Source: Camelus ferus
Taxonomy: Eukaryota
Direction of reading: 5' to 3'
Assembly: GCF_009834535.1 (NCBI RefSeq)
Contig: NC_045697.1
Span: 63,242,001 to 63,306,000, forward strand
DNA: 64,000 nt
Below the pieces are notes generated by a model that did no database searches, had not been told where the DNA came from, and worked only from the letters and a program-made list of their open reading frames with translations. The position numbers were made by a program, and so were the translations under genes. Position 1 is the first letter of the stretch, and each line of letters begins with the position of its first letter. Of the stretch, positions 52,946 through 64,000 are shown piece by piece.

Positions 52946-53509
52946 ATATGAATTTATATTTTTTTTTACTAACATTTCATTTTTTTAGAAATGCTTTAGA
53001 TTCCCTCTTCATAGTGGTAAGGGTTTGATAATTAGGATGTCTGTGCCTACTTGCAACTCAGCTGGCAGGATTAAGTGTATTTTATGTAAATGAGAAAACC
53101 ATACTTATGGCTCATGCCATCTTCATGGCTTGGCCTTCATTATCATCATACTCTGGAGGCAACCAGGGACGTATGTGTGGCAGTTGTGACTTCGATGTGT
53201 GTCTCCAGTCTCTAGCTTGACCTTGATTAATCTAGAATGAGGAGAAAGCTGTGACTTAATTGAAAGTATACTGAACCAATAATTGAAGAAATAGGTTTAA
53301 TTAAACTGATAATTGAAGATCTGGACTAATTCCCAGTTCTGCTACTGATGCTGCTTTGACTTGAGTCTTCTTATTTAATCTCTCTCACCACTGTTTTCTT
53401 TTCTATAGAATCAGAAGACTGCTAGCTACCTTAAAATGGCTGTTATACTCATTACATTGTGTTAACTTCATTCGTCGTGTATTGTTTGAGGAGGGCTGAT
53501 GAGAGCAGA

Positions 53510-54860
53510 ATTCCCCAAGTTCCTGTTGTTGAAAACTGATTTTCTCTACCCTTGATATTTGTTGAGTTTTCTTGTTTGTTGTTTTGCTTTGTATAATAGT
53601 TTTGAAAAGTCTGGTGTTACTCTAATTATTTTGCCTTTGTAAATTATTTGCCACTTTCTTTGGATGCTTTAAGGATTTATCTTTGTTTTTGGAATTATTC
53701 TGGGTCAGTTTTCCCAGGTGAGCCCTTCTAATGTGTAGATTCAGGTTTTTTTCTTCCTCTGGAAAGTTTTCTTAGTTAATAGTTTTAATTATTGTTTCTG
53801 TTCCCTGGGCATCTTGTAATGTATTCTGCATTCTTGAGATAATTTTGTCTTTTTCTTCTGTTTCTTTCCTGAGATCAGTCAACTTTTTTTGTTGTTGTTG
53901 TTCCATTTATCCATTTCTTTTTCCACTTTGTTTTTAGATTTTGAATTTCTGATTTAAGGTGCTTTCTTATATCATCAGATTCTTGTTTGAATATATTTAA
54001 TTCTACATTGTATGTTAACAGTTTTCTTCTGCTTTGTAGTTGCTTTGTGTAAAGGAATTATCTTCAGTTGATATGTGCGAATTTTTTTTTCTTAATTTTC
54101 TTCAATAGCTCTGTAAGGACTTCACTTTCCTCTTCTTCATCTTTATCCTATGGGGGTTTTATCTAATATTCATAACTTAATAATTCCCTCTTTTCTCAGT
54201 ATAAGAAGTCCAGATACTTCATAGGACTTTGTTTTGGTGGGAGGAAGGTTTGTGAATTCTCCAGTTTCATGGTTCACTTTTGTCTTGCAGGACCCCAGTT
54301 TTCTCTGTTTCTCTTTCCTTCATTATTGAATTACCAAAAGGTGTTTTTTGCCTTTTTTCTTTCCCATAAATTACGCTTTTCAAAGAGCTCCCCTTTAAAT
54401 TGTTTCTATCTCTTTAATCATGTCTTTTAAATTGTACCTGTTCCTTTAAAAGACATCTGACCTTTTAAATTGTGCTTTGGTGTCCCTTCCCCGTAGTCCC
54501 TGCTCTGATCTGCACAGACGTTTTCCCATTATTTTCATACATAGGGTGGATTTTATCTCTCAAGTGATTGCTGCAAATCACTGTTTGTCTTCCCCACTTT
54601 TTCTCAGCCTACATTTGCTTGCTTATGAGTAGGAATGCAGCTGCAGCATGAGGGATGCTCTTGCAGTTTTGCCATTCTCTATCTCCAAGTTATGCTGAAA
54701 GAATTTATGCAGAATTTAATTTCTCTTCTGATTCTTTTTTATGTAGAATTGAATTTTTTTTTCATTTTTCCTTATTTGCGGGAGATACCATGGGGGATAA
54801 GTGCCTGTATTGTCACCGTAGTCCTCAGCTACCATGGAAGTCTTCTAAAAAGTTTTCAAA
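53510..54860 (-). mobile_element. Ancient L1-class (L1M/HAL1-like) 5'/ORF1 relic
   Basis: Long T-rich antisense tract with 'ctggaaagttttcttagttaatagtttt...tttctgttcc', typical of old L1-class ORF1; highly diverged. Confidence 0.45.
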
Positions 54861-56484
54861 GTCTTGTATAAATAGAGTTACATTGTTTTACTGCTTGGTG
54901 GCTTTGATTTGCCTTTGCTCAGATTTGTTTCCTTCATAAACTTTAGCTTGAGGGCATTATGTATTATTTTGCAACATGATATACTGTATTTTGTAACAGC
55001 CTGGTCGTTGGCTCATTTTAAATCATGTTTTAGCCTGCTCATGAGACAAAATTCATTCACTGATGGATTATTCACTTGTTCTCTAATTGAAATATTTGCA
55101 ATATCTATCTTATAAAATCTCTGGAGTGTTTTGGTAGAATAGCTCATTTTTCTTCAGAAATAATGAAATAATATCATAATAATTATAGTGTGAGGACCTT
55201 GTGGAATGAGTCATTCAGATATAAAATATTTTTAATTTTTTAACTTTAATTTTTGCATGATGTCAATGACTTTGCCTTATAATATTTTTGTAGATGTTGA
55301 TCAAATGAAAAAAATTTTCTTTACACATAGTTGCTAAATATGTTTTTAGTTGTATGGATATTTCTATCAATGACAAAACCTAGGAAAGAACTGACAACAC
55401 TGCATAATCAGTAATAACTTTTAAAAACTTAATATTGTATATCTAAACAGTTTCAAAAAAGCATAAACTTTGGTCATGCTATTTGGATAGTGATACTTGG
55501 TAGGTTTTTTAGAAATTCTTTAAAATTAAATAATTTAAATAATTAGGAAGCCAAACCTGCTAAGTAATGCAAACTTTGATTTAATATGCATTGCTGACTA
55601 CACAGATAGTTTAACTAGATGAAATTTTAATTCTCCGAAATTTTATAAACACTTGAAAGATTCACAAGTTAATTATTATAAAAGGAAAAGTTGAAGAATA
55701 AGTTAAAGAGTAAGTTATATCTCACATAATATTTATAGGAATGTGAGATTAAGTAATTAGAAGAAAAATACTGTGATTTTTTGCAGGGACTGATGAATGG
55801 CTAAAAGAATTGAAATAGATTTGAGATTTTATTTGAATCAAAACCTCAGAAATATTCGATTATATTTAGGTGCTGAAGTAGTGTTTCAATTAGTTTATCC
55901 AGTGCCATTATTTAATTTTGGTTCAGTGTGAATCATCCTTGGAATGTATGATCTTAATAAAACATACACATGTTGGATACATAAAGGTATTCAAAATGTC
56001 AAATTCTTTCTTCCATCCCAAAATCCTTTCTCATCTTCATTTTCACCATCCTAGTCCCATCACCTCTTCTCATGAAGAGTTTCCCTTGTTGGATAGCAAG
56101 ATCCACTCTTGCCTAGGTCCCACGCTGCAGCCACGGTGATCTTTATGGCATGAAATGCGGCATGCACATATGGTCATACTGTGGCTTTCTCATCCCCAAC
56201 CCTCCCCCATACATTTAAGGCACATCAGTGTCCTCTCATTGCTCACTCTGTGGAGATCAAAACCTTCACCTCTCTTGCCAGGCTCCCTGTGAGCTTTCTT
56301 CTCCCTTTCACTTGAGGCAGATTTTGTAGCATTCTCACTCTCATAATATGTGCTGCAGTCACATCAGTGTTCTTTAGTTTCCGCAAATGGGCCCTGCACC
56401 TTCTGGCCACAAGGCCCTTGCACACCACGCTTTTGTTGCTTGGGAGAACCCATCCTGTCTTGTGTGTTAATTTTTTAACTTTAA

Positions 56485-56507
56485 TGTGTGTGTGTGTGTG
56501 TGTGTGT
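56485..56507. repeat. (TG)n microsatellite
   Basis: Perfect TG run. Confidence 0.9.
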
Positions 56508-56599
56508 ATGTAGTGGGGGACTCTTAACTTCTCTTCACTCAAATTTCTTAATGTTTATTATTTACTGTCTGCCTCCTCGGGATGCCAGAGATTCTGTAA

Positions 56600-56820
56600 T
56601 AGTGGGCTCACAAATCAAATCAGACCCTCCTGTTAATTAAGAAACATATTAGTATATCACACATTTGTTACAAATATTTAGATTGCTATTTTGCAATATA
56701 ATGGTTTTATTTTATGCATCTAGGTATTTTACTTTGCGTTTTAAAAAACCTAATTCTAAAAAGGGGCCACACAAAACTAACAAGGGGGTGCAGGGCACAA
56801 AAATGTTTAAGAACCCCTTC
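56600..56820. mobile_element. hAT-Charlie family fossil nested in L2
   Basis: 'ttttatgcat...taattctaaaaaggggcc...aagggggtgcagggcacaaaaatgtttaagaacccct' resembles a Charlie-family terminus. Confidence 0.55.
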
Positions 56821-58399
56821 CCTAGAATATAACCCTCAGGAAGGCAGAGGCTCACTGATTTAGCCTAAATGCCCAGAACATTCTCTGGAACATAGTAGGC
56901 TCTCAACACACATGTGCTAACTGAAGTCATGGCGATTCAACTTAGATTCCTATGGCAATGTCTGTGACTTCTTGACATAGTCATATACCCCGTCATGAGC
57001 TCTCATAGAACTAGGCACTGCTCATCTTTAGCTCCTGTTGCAATTTCTCTTTACATTTTTTTAAAACTATAATTCAGTTGTCATCCTTACTAGAATAAAT
57101 ACTCTAAGTGAGTAGGGACCAGTGTTCCACTGCATGTGTTTCCTTCACTCCACATAGAGCTGAGCAAATAAATTTTTGCAGAATGAACTATATTTTAGAC
57201 AGATCCAAAATAAGTATGACCTACTTTCTGTCCCAAAGTTCTGTGGAAACTATGAGAGCTGTAACATAATTGTAATGACAAAGAGCAATAACCCCAACAA
57301 ACAATCATTCAACTAACCAGCCAAATAAATAAAACCCACAAGAAGGTAAGAATCAAAGTTATAGGAATCAAAGTTAGGGGTGTAGAAGTCAGTGTGTGGT
57401 TTACGTAAGAAGGGGTAATTTACCCGTATTTTGAAGAAGAGATAGGACTTCCAAGTCATGTATGGATAGATCCTTATATTCTAGGGAAAGGGAAGAACAG
57501 CAGAAGCATGGAAATGGGAGGAAGCAGGGCAATTTCAGACATTGACCATGGGTTATGTACAAGGATAGAGTGAATTACTCTATGCAGGTAGATTTTGGCG
57601 AGGTTCAGAATAAACCTGGATGCTAAGAAAAGGTTTTGGATTTAGTTGACTCTGTACTGCTCTACTGATAATTTTTTGAAAGTAAAATATTCAAAGCTAA
57701 ACATTGGGAAGATCCAACTTAATGTAGAAAATTAATATTGTGAAATACGTTTTCTTGATAAGTATAAAATGTGTTTTACAGATTCACAAGATTTTCTAAA
57801 TGGAACAACTATTTTTTTTATATTTATCTATTTTTATAAAGGCTTTTTTTTTTTCTTTTAACTTCTGAGAGGAAAGGTCTCTGTTGTTGCTCATACTGAG
57901 TGGATAATGGGGTTAACGCTAACTTACCTCCAAAGGAAGGTCAACATGCCTGTTCCAAAGCATTATTTCAAAAGCCATAATACACAACAGCAGAGCTCAT
58001 GCTTGCAAATTATTTCATTTCTATGCAGTTAAAATCTTACTGACATGAGAGAAGATTCCCATGGTGAAAAAAACAAAGGAAGCCATTTCTGCAGGCTTTA
58101 ATTAGGCTATTAGTTTTCATTCACTCTTGTCATGGGAATGCACTTACCATATTGCAGTCCCTCAAAACTACGGATATCAAGAACATTCCAATATTCCTTA
58201 AAATCCTTTGAAAAGTGATGAATAAACAAGAATGCAATGTGACAATAGAATTATAATAACATCAGTATTTTCTCATTCCAATATTACTGTTCAGTTATAA
58301 CCCTCTTTATTCCATGCCAAAAATATTTTAAGTGGTATATTTTTATTTATCACTACATTAAGATGTATGTATAGATGAGGTTACAGGACAGATAGCAGC

Positions 58400-58620
58400 A
58401 TTTAGAAGCTTTCAGAGCTTATGGGGTTTCAGACAGACCTGGGTCCCAGCACCTACTCTAAACTTTAGGCAAACTGTGTAACTATCACAAGTCTTAGTTT
58501 CCATAATATGAAATAGAAACAACAATAATTGGGATTACTGTAAGAGTTACTTGACATAATGCATGCATAACCCAGTGGCTGACATTTTAGGTAGTAATCA
58601 ATAAACGTTTGTTGTTTCAT
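58400..58620 (+). mobile_element. MIR SINE
   Basis: 'tcagacagacctgggtcccagcacctact...ttaggcaaactg...cttagtttccat...tcaataaacgtttgttg'. Confidence 0.7.
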
Positions 58621-59094
58621 GATTAAAATATGATCGTCCATGATAGAGATTAAAAATGAAATACTCTTTCCCCAACTTTCTGAAACTCTTTACTTCAATT
58701 TTTCACTAGGCCCACTACTTGAAATTCTACCGTTTATGAGTCATTGGGTTAGAAAAATCTCTTTGCCACTGTAACCATGGGAGAGGCATAGATATCGGCC
58801 ATTCACTTCTTTCATGCTGGTGTGAAACTGTGGTTAGGGAAGTGAGGAGGCAGATGGAGAGGGTGAAAAGAAGTTAATTTGAAGAAAAGGACTTTAAAAT
58901 TGTTGAGTGTCAAAGCAGGAAATCCAAGAGCATTGTGTGTAAAATGAAGAAATTAAAGAAAATCTGAGAATGAAAGTGAGAGGAAACAGTGAGGAGAGCC
59001 CTCTCTCCACTGCATGTTAATAGTCTAACTTTGGTTAAGTCAGTTTTCTTATTCTTAGTTTCTCTGCCTTTCTCATGGGACACTGGGAAACCAT

Positions 59095-59270
59095 CAAGAG
59101 CATGAGCTGAAGATTCCGATTGCTTGATTCCAAATCCTATCTCAAACCCTGTAAACTGTCTCATCTGCAGCAAGTTACTTAACACTATGAATGTGAATTT
59201 ATTAATCTGTAAAATGGTGACAGTAAGTAGTACCTAATTCAAAAGGATTATATAAATTTGGTTTAAAATG
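59095..59270 (+). mobile_element. MIR SINE
   Basis: 'ttgattccaaatcctatctc...gcaagttacttaacactatgaatg...aatctgtaaaatggtgacagtaagtagtaccta'. Confidence 0.7.
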
Positions 59271-61425
59271 CTATGATTTTATACAAATACAGTTTTTTTT
59301 TCCAAACTAGTCCTGCTTTTTACATTGTTAGATACAAATAGATGGTTTTATGTTACCCTCATACCGCAATTCCTTTCCCTGGAAATGGGCTATTATATAT
59401 TCAACAATAATATTATTTATCTAATATGCATATTCTGAAACTTGTTATTTAAGTTTTTCATCTGATACCATTTATTTGAAGGAAATTTGGAAAGCAGATA
59501 TTCTTTTAGTTCATTTTTTTCTTTGTATAATTTTGTGAGGTTGCAAAATCTGTAAATAATAAGGAGACAGTGCTCCCTTAGTGATATTCTCCTACAACTC
59601 GGTATCTCACTATATTTTGCAACTATTTGCTTAAAACATTGATTAATCCTGAAAGAACTATCCAGAGAGACACCTAAGATTCAAAAGCACAAAATTTCAG
59701 AAAGCCTTTTGATGGGAGTTCGAGTTATCTGTTCAAATTGGAAAAAAAAAAGAAATAGTCATCAAAGTGACCAAGGGTTATATAGCTTCAGATTTCTCTT
59801 TGTTACCTAGTGACACTGTCTAAGATGGACTGTCAGATTGCATTAGGTTCACTGGTACACTCTGTAGTTTAGATGCAAACGGAGCTTTCACTCAGCAGGA
59901 GCAAAGTGAGAAGTGCACTTATTCTGGTCAGGCTCAGAGATGTTATTTTTTTCCTGTCGTTGCTATGGGATAACAATTGCAACAATTGTAATAAAAAAGC
60001 TATCAAGCTAAGCTGCGTGCACCATAATAAAGCTGTTTTGATGCAAATAAGACTCAGTCACTTAGGGTTCTCAGTTGTGCCAAACTGTGGTAAGGAACTC
60101 TATAAATCAAATCAGGACTGAATTGCAAATGTATATGCTAGATAGAAAAGGGGGAAGATTTCATATTTTAGTAGGCCAGTGGTTACTTGCATAACTATAA
60201 AGATTATTAAAATATTTACTGAAAAATGTATAAATGTTGTTAATATTTTTAAAAAGGCCAGTTTTCAACATCACAGGAGTCTTAAGGGAGTTTTTCTTAA
60301 AACAGTGTTGTGAGGCAGGTGAGCCTGTGTTGTCATATTTGGAGTAGTGTATTTTCCTAGCACATGTAAACAAATCCCTGAAAATAGCTTTAAAAAAAAA
60401 CAAAAAACTTCGTGTTTGACATTGGGTTGGTCTGAAGAGGAGAAAAAGGAATTTATTAAAATTGTCTACTATTTTTAAAAATTATACTTTTACATTATAC
60501 ATACTGACATTTACTTCAGAATTCTTACTTTTAAAATTTTGATTTATGGAAATATTGGCATTGGGCCTTTTTGTTTACCTAATTGACATTTGCTGGTAGT
60601 ACCTGTCTGTCATCATAAAGAATTACAGACTGAATAGATTTCATACTAGGAATTCAAATACAGTTGCCCACGTTTCATATTATTGAGTCATTTATTTACA
60701 TTCCCTCAGTGGTTGTTGAATAGAAATTATAATGTCTATAAATAGACCTTTCGTGGAGCTGAAAGATCAGATACCAACCTAAAACACACCAGGTTACTAT
60801 GAAAATCTTAACCATGTGTATCTAAGTCTCCTCTCATCACTGCTAGGTGCCATTTGAGAATAAGTCTTTCCTGTTTCAGAAGACACTAAATATGTAAATG
60901 AGCACTAGAGCCTGAATTTGTAAAGCAGTCATACTGTGCTAGACTGTAGTCATAAATGTTTCTAGATGGAAATTAGATGGGGAAAATTTAGCAGCCAATG
61001 CAGATAAGCATTTAAAAATCTTATGGGCAGTTGTTTTTTTGTTTTTTAATTAAGTCTGAAGAGAGTGCACAGGATGTCACACAGTAAATAGGTGCTATCA
61101 CCTTAAGTTACCAGTCACCCCATGACAGAGTCAGTAGGAACAGTGCTACAGACCTTCACAGCACAAAATGAAATTGCTTATCAGGCGTGGAGTGAAATGT
61201 TTCTCTGTCTCACAAGAATGTCTGATATATGCTTCTTTAACTCAACCTGCAGGACCCTTCACTGCATTTTAAAGATAGTATCTCATGTAACTGAAATCAT
61301 TTCCAAACTGGCCACTAGCTCACTCTTAGAATGGATTTTTTCAGTTAATAAATCTTTCTGAAGGTGAGTGATGAATAATTGGTTACATATTGTTAGGATT
61401 AGTGTTAAACCACTAAGCTGAAAAT

Positions 61426-62381
61426 TGTGAAAGGGTCTGATATTTCACCCTGAACTCAAACTAATGAGTTAGCTTGTCATAGTTTAATAGATATTGGCAA
61501 AAAATTGAGGCATCTGGTTTAGAGACAAAAGAATTTATTACTTATAGCAAAACAGCATCCAGAGTATCACTGCAATGTTGTTCCCTGTGCCCAGTTCCCA
61601 CAGGCCGACATGATGAGGGCCAGGTGACATCTGTACATGTGGTGAGGGTGTATTTCCAAAGCAGAACCCTGAGTTTAGTGATTTTTTTCTATAAAAGAAG
61701 TTTATAGCAAACTGGTCCATACTCTTTCCTGGAGAAAGCACTGTCTTTATCAACCTGTGCCAAGTTAGGGAATAATCACAAGACCATCCTTAATTCTGAC
61801 ATCAATTACCTTCCCACCATCACAGAACTAGCTTCAGTTCTGATAATCCACTGCATGGACTCAAGAACCCACTGAAAGCTATTATACTCAAGGTCATGGT
61901 TTATTACAATGAAGGAATACAGATTAATACCAGCCAAGGGAAGATGCATGTGACAGGGTTCAGGAAAGTTCTGAGTGGAGCTTTTCATTGTCCTCTCTCA
62001 GTGGACTTATGGACAGAACTGTCTTCCCAGCAACTCTGTATGACAGTATGGACAGAGAGTTGCCAAGCCAGAGAATCACACCTAAGCTTTGGTGTCCAGA
62101 GTTTTTATTGAGGCTCTGTTACTTAAGCATGATTGTTCACACACATGGCCAGTCTGCTCCCAGCCGCTCCAGAGGGCAAGTTAATACTCTCTGACCTAGT
62201 GTTCCAGTCCCAAATCACATCTGGTGTGCCTGGCTCCCACCCAAACTCCTATTATTAGACTATCCAAGGAACGCAGACAAAGACACTTTTATCAAGCATG
62301 ACATTCCAAGAGCTTAGTGATTACCTTACAGACACCAAGGGCAAAATTAAATTTAGGCAAAGTTAAATTCTTTACTATATA
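61426..62381. mobile_element. MER21/MER68-family ERVL-class solo LTR
   Basis: Starts 'tgtgaaagggtctgatatttcacc'; MER21-like 'cactgaaagctattatactcaaggtcatggtttattacaatgaaggaatacagattaa'; ends 'ggcaaagttaaattctttactata'. Confidence 0.8.
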
Positions 62382-64000
62382 CCCTAGAAAGTAAGCAAGT
62401 CTCACTCAGGATGAGAAGAAAGGTATCTTTCCATCTCTCCAGAGTTGTGTGTTATACAAACTAGTCCTGGAGTAAATTTGCTATGAATGCCTAGATTTGT
62501 AGATTCATGGAGAATAGTCTGCCAACAGTTGGCATTACTTTGCATTTGATAAAATTTTTCTTTTCAGATTTCTATTCCTGGAATTCCCTTCAGGTGAACT
62601 ATAGCCCTTCTTTCAATATTGTATTTATTAGATCTGCAGAAAATGATCAACCTACTTCTTTAACCTCTATGATTGGTAATAGAAAAAATCTTTCTGCATT
62701 GGGAGGGCTTCTTACATTCCATAAACAAAGAGATAGAGCTTGAGCAATCTTTGGGAGGCTTTCAAAGGAAAGAGAAATCACAGATTACCTGGAGGTGATA
62801 ACAATGGGTCTCTTCATGAGATGGCATTATTGGGATTTGTTTCTACTTTTCCCCTAAAACAATGTGATTCTCAATGAATATAGAATTGACAAAACCTACC
62901 CATGATTTAGAATTTAAGGAGTGATTTTCATGTGCTCCTGAACATGCTATTCTATTTTTGACAGTGACACATGTACCCAGGAGAAGACAGGTACTCCTCC
63001 TTGCCTTCAGATGCCCATGCCTATCAAACCCTATCCCTCATTCCTATTAATACACTTACATCGTTACCAATGACTTTTGGTCCACAAACTTCATTTTCCC
63101 TTTAAGTACTCCCATTGATCCAAAAGGGTAAATCATCTGATGCACCTTTTTATATATTTGTCTCAAGCATGAATACCTTTCCTTGATATGCTGTAGTAAA
63201 GGTTGAAACATTTAAAAGTATTTTTCTAAACATAATGACAGCTTTTCCAAACTAGTTTCACTAAAACATGACTCCCTTAAAATATAAGTTCACTGTCAAA
63301 TACATTTGGAAAGTTCTGTGAACAGTTTTTTCCTCCAGGGAAATTCAAAATACACATTATGCATAAAAGGCTATAACAAAATCCTCAGCAAAACCTAGAT
63401 GGGAGAATAATAGGTAAATAAATATAGAGTACAACATGCAAATACATGTTTTCCTATAAGATACAGTTTGCCCACAATGGCATCAGATTCGAGTTTCAAG
63501 GGCTGCCTTTCATGGGAAAGCCTTGGTGCTCAGAGGCATTGGCTAAACTAGTATGACTCCATAAGATTCAGACCCAAGAAAGTGAAGCTCACAGAAAGAT
63601 GTTATTTCCTCTCTGGTTTACTTGATTCTTTGCTTCTAACTTCTTGTTCTTCCTTATGGTTACCAGTATAAATGGGCCTGTTAGGGCAGAGTAAGTTCAT
63701 GCACAGTCTGTGGCTTTGCTCTGACTCCAGTAGGACGCCAAATTCAACGTAACACAATGCCTCCTTAATTCTTACATAAAATGCAGTAACCAGAGCCAGG
63801 GATAAGGTGGTGGAGACATTTATTAACTGATTATTATAATTTGTTATTTAATTCGTTTTTCTTAGTTATAGCTAAGAAATGTGTAACTCAGTGATCAGGG
63901 GATTTTTCTGCCCTGAATAGTGACTGGATCAATTGTTTCTTTTCTCGATGTGCCTTAGTATTCTACTGTTGTATGTATAAAGCATAGTATACATATATTC

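Larger units (their letters stand above)
55990..56925 (+). mobile_element. L2 LINE 3' relic (interrupted)
   Basis: 'ggccacaaggcccttgcacaccacgctttt...gcttgggagaacc' and 3' end 'cccagaacattctctggaacatagtaggctctcaacacacatgtgctaactgaa'. Confidence 0.7.

Noticed and set aside
61253..61363. Plus-strand exon-like segment with a perfect AAG|gtgagt donor
   Set aside because: Stop codons in all three frames and no independent evidence of transcription
1..64000. The many 60-140 aa ORFs in the supplied track as genes
   Set aside because: Low-complexity F/L/I/K-rich translations expected by chance in AT-rich DNA or inside repeats; no recognisable domains except L1 ORF2 pieces

Overview
AT-rich mammalian non-coding DNA (intron or gene desert), probably from a camelid. 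Two tRNA-derived SINEs look like the camelid vic-1 type, and I saw no Alu, BovB or PRE-1. I cannot support any intact protein-coding gene, RNA gene or CRISPR array. The only ORFs with a recognisable product are broken pieces of LINE-1 ORF2. The window is dominated by interspersed repeats: a 5'-truncated ~4.4 kb L1 (+, ~45.5-49.9 kb) with a nested SINE and a deletion removing the RT catalytic motif, several older L1 fragments, L2/MIR/L3 relics, MaLR/ERVL/ERV1 LTRs, and DNA-transposon fossils (Tigger1 derivative, MER8, MER53, MER5, Charlie). The most unusual unexplained features are two GC/CpG-rich blocks (~3.5-3.8 kb and ~7.65-9.8 kb) that look imported from elsewhere, the second carrying a possible decayed exon. 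Also notable are two near-perfect fold-back palindromes, a 31-bp insertion between 20-bp direct repeats, and a few minus-strand splice-signal candidates. I found no convincing new biological system. Repeat family names come from recalled consensus sequences, not a database search, and boundaries of old repeats are approximate.
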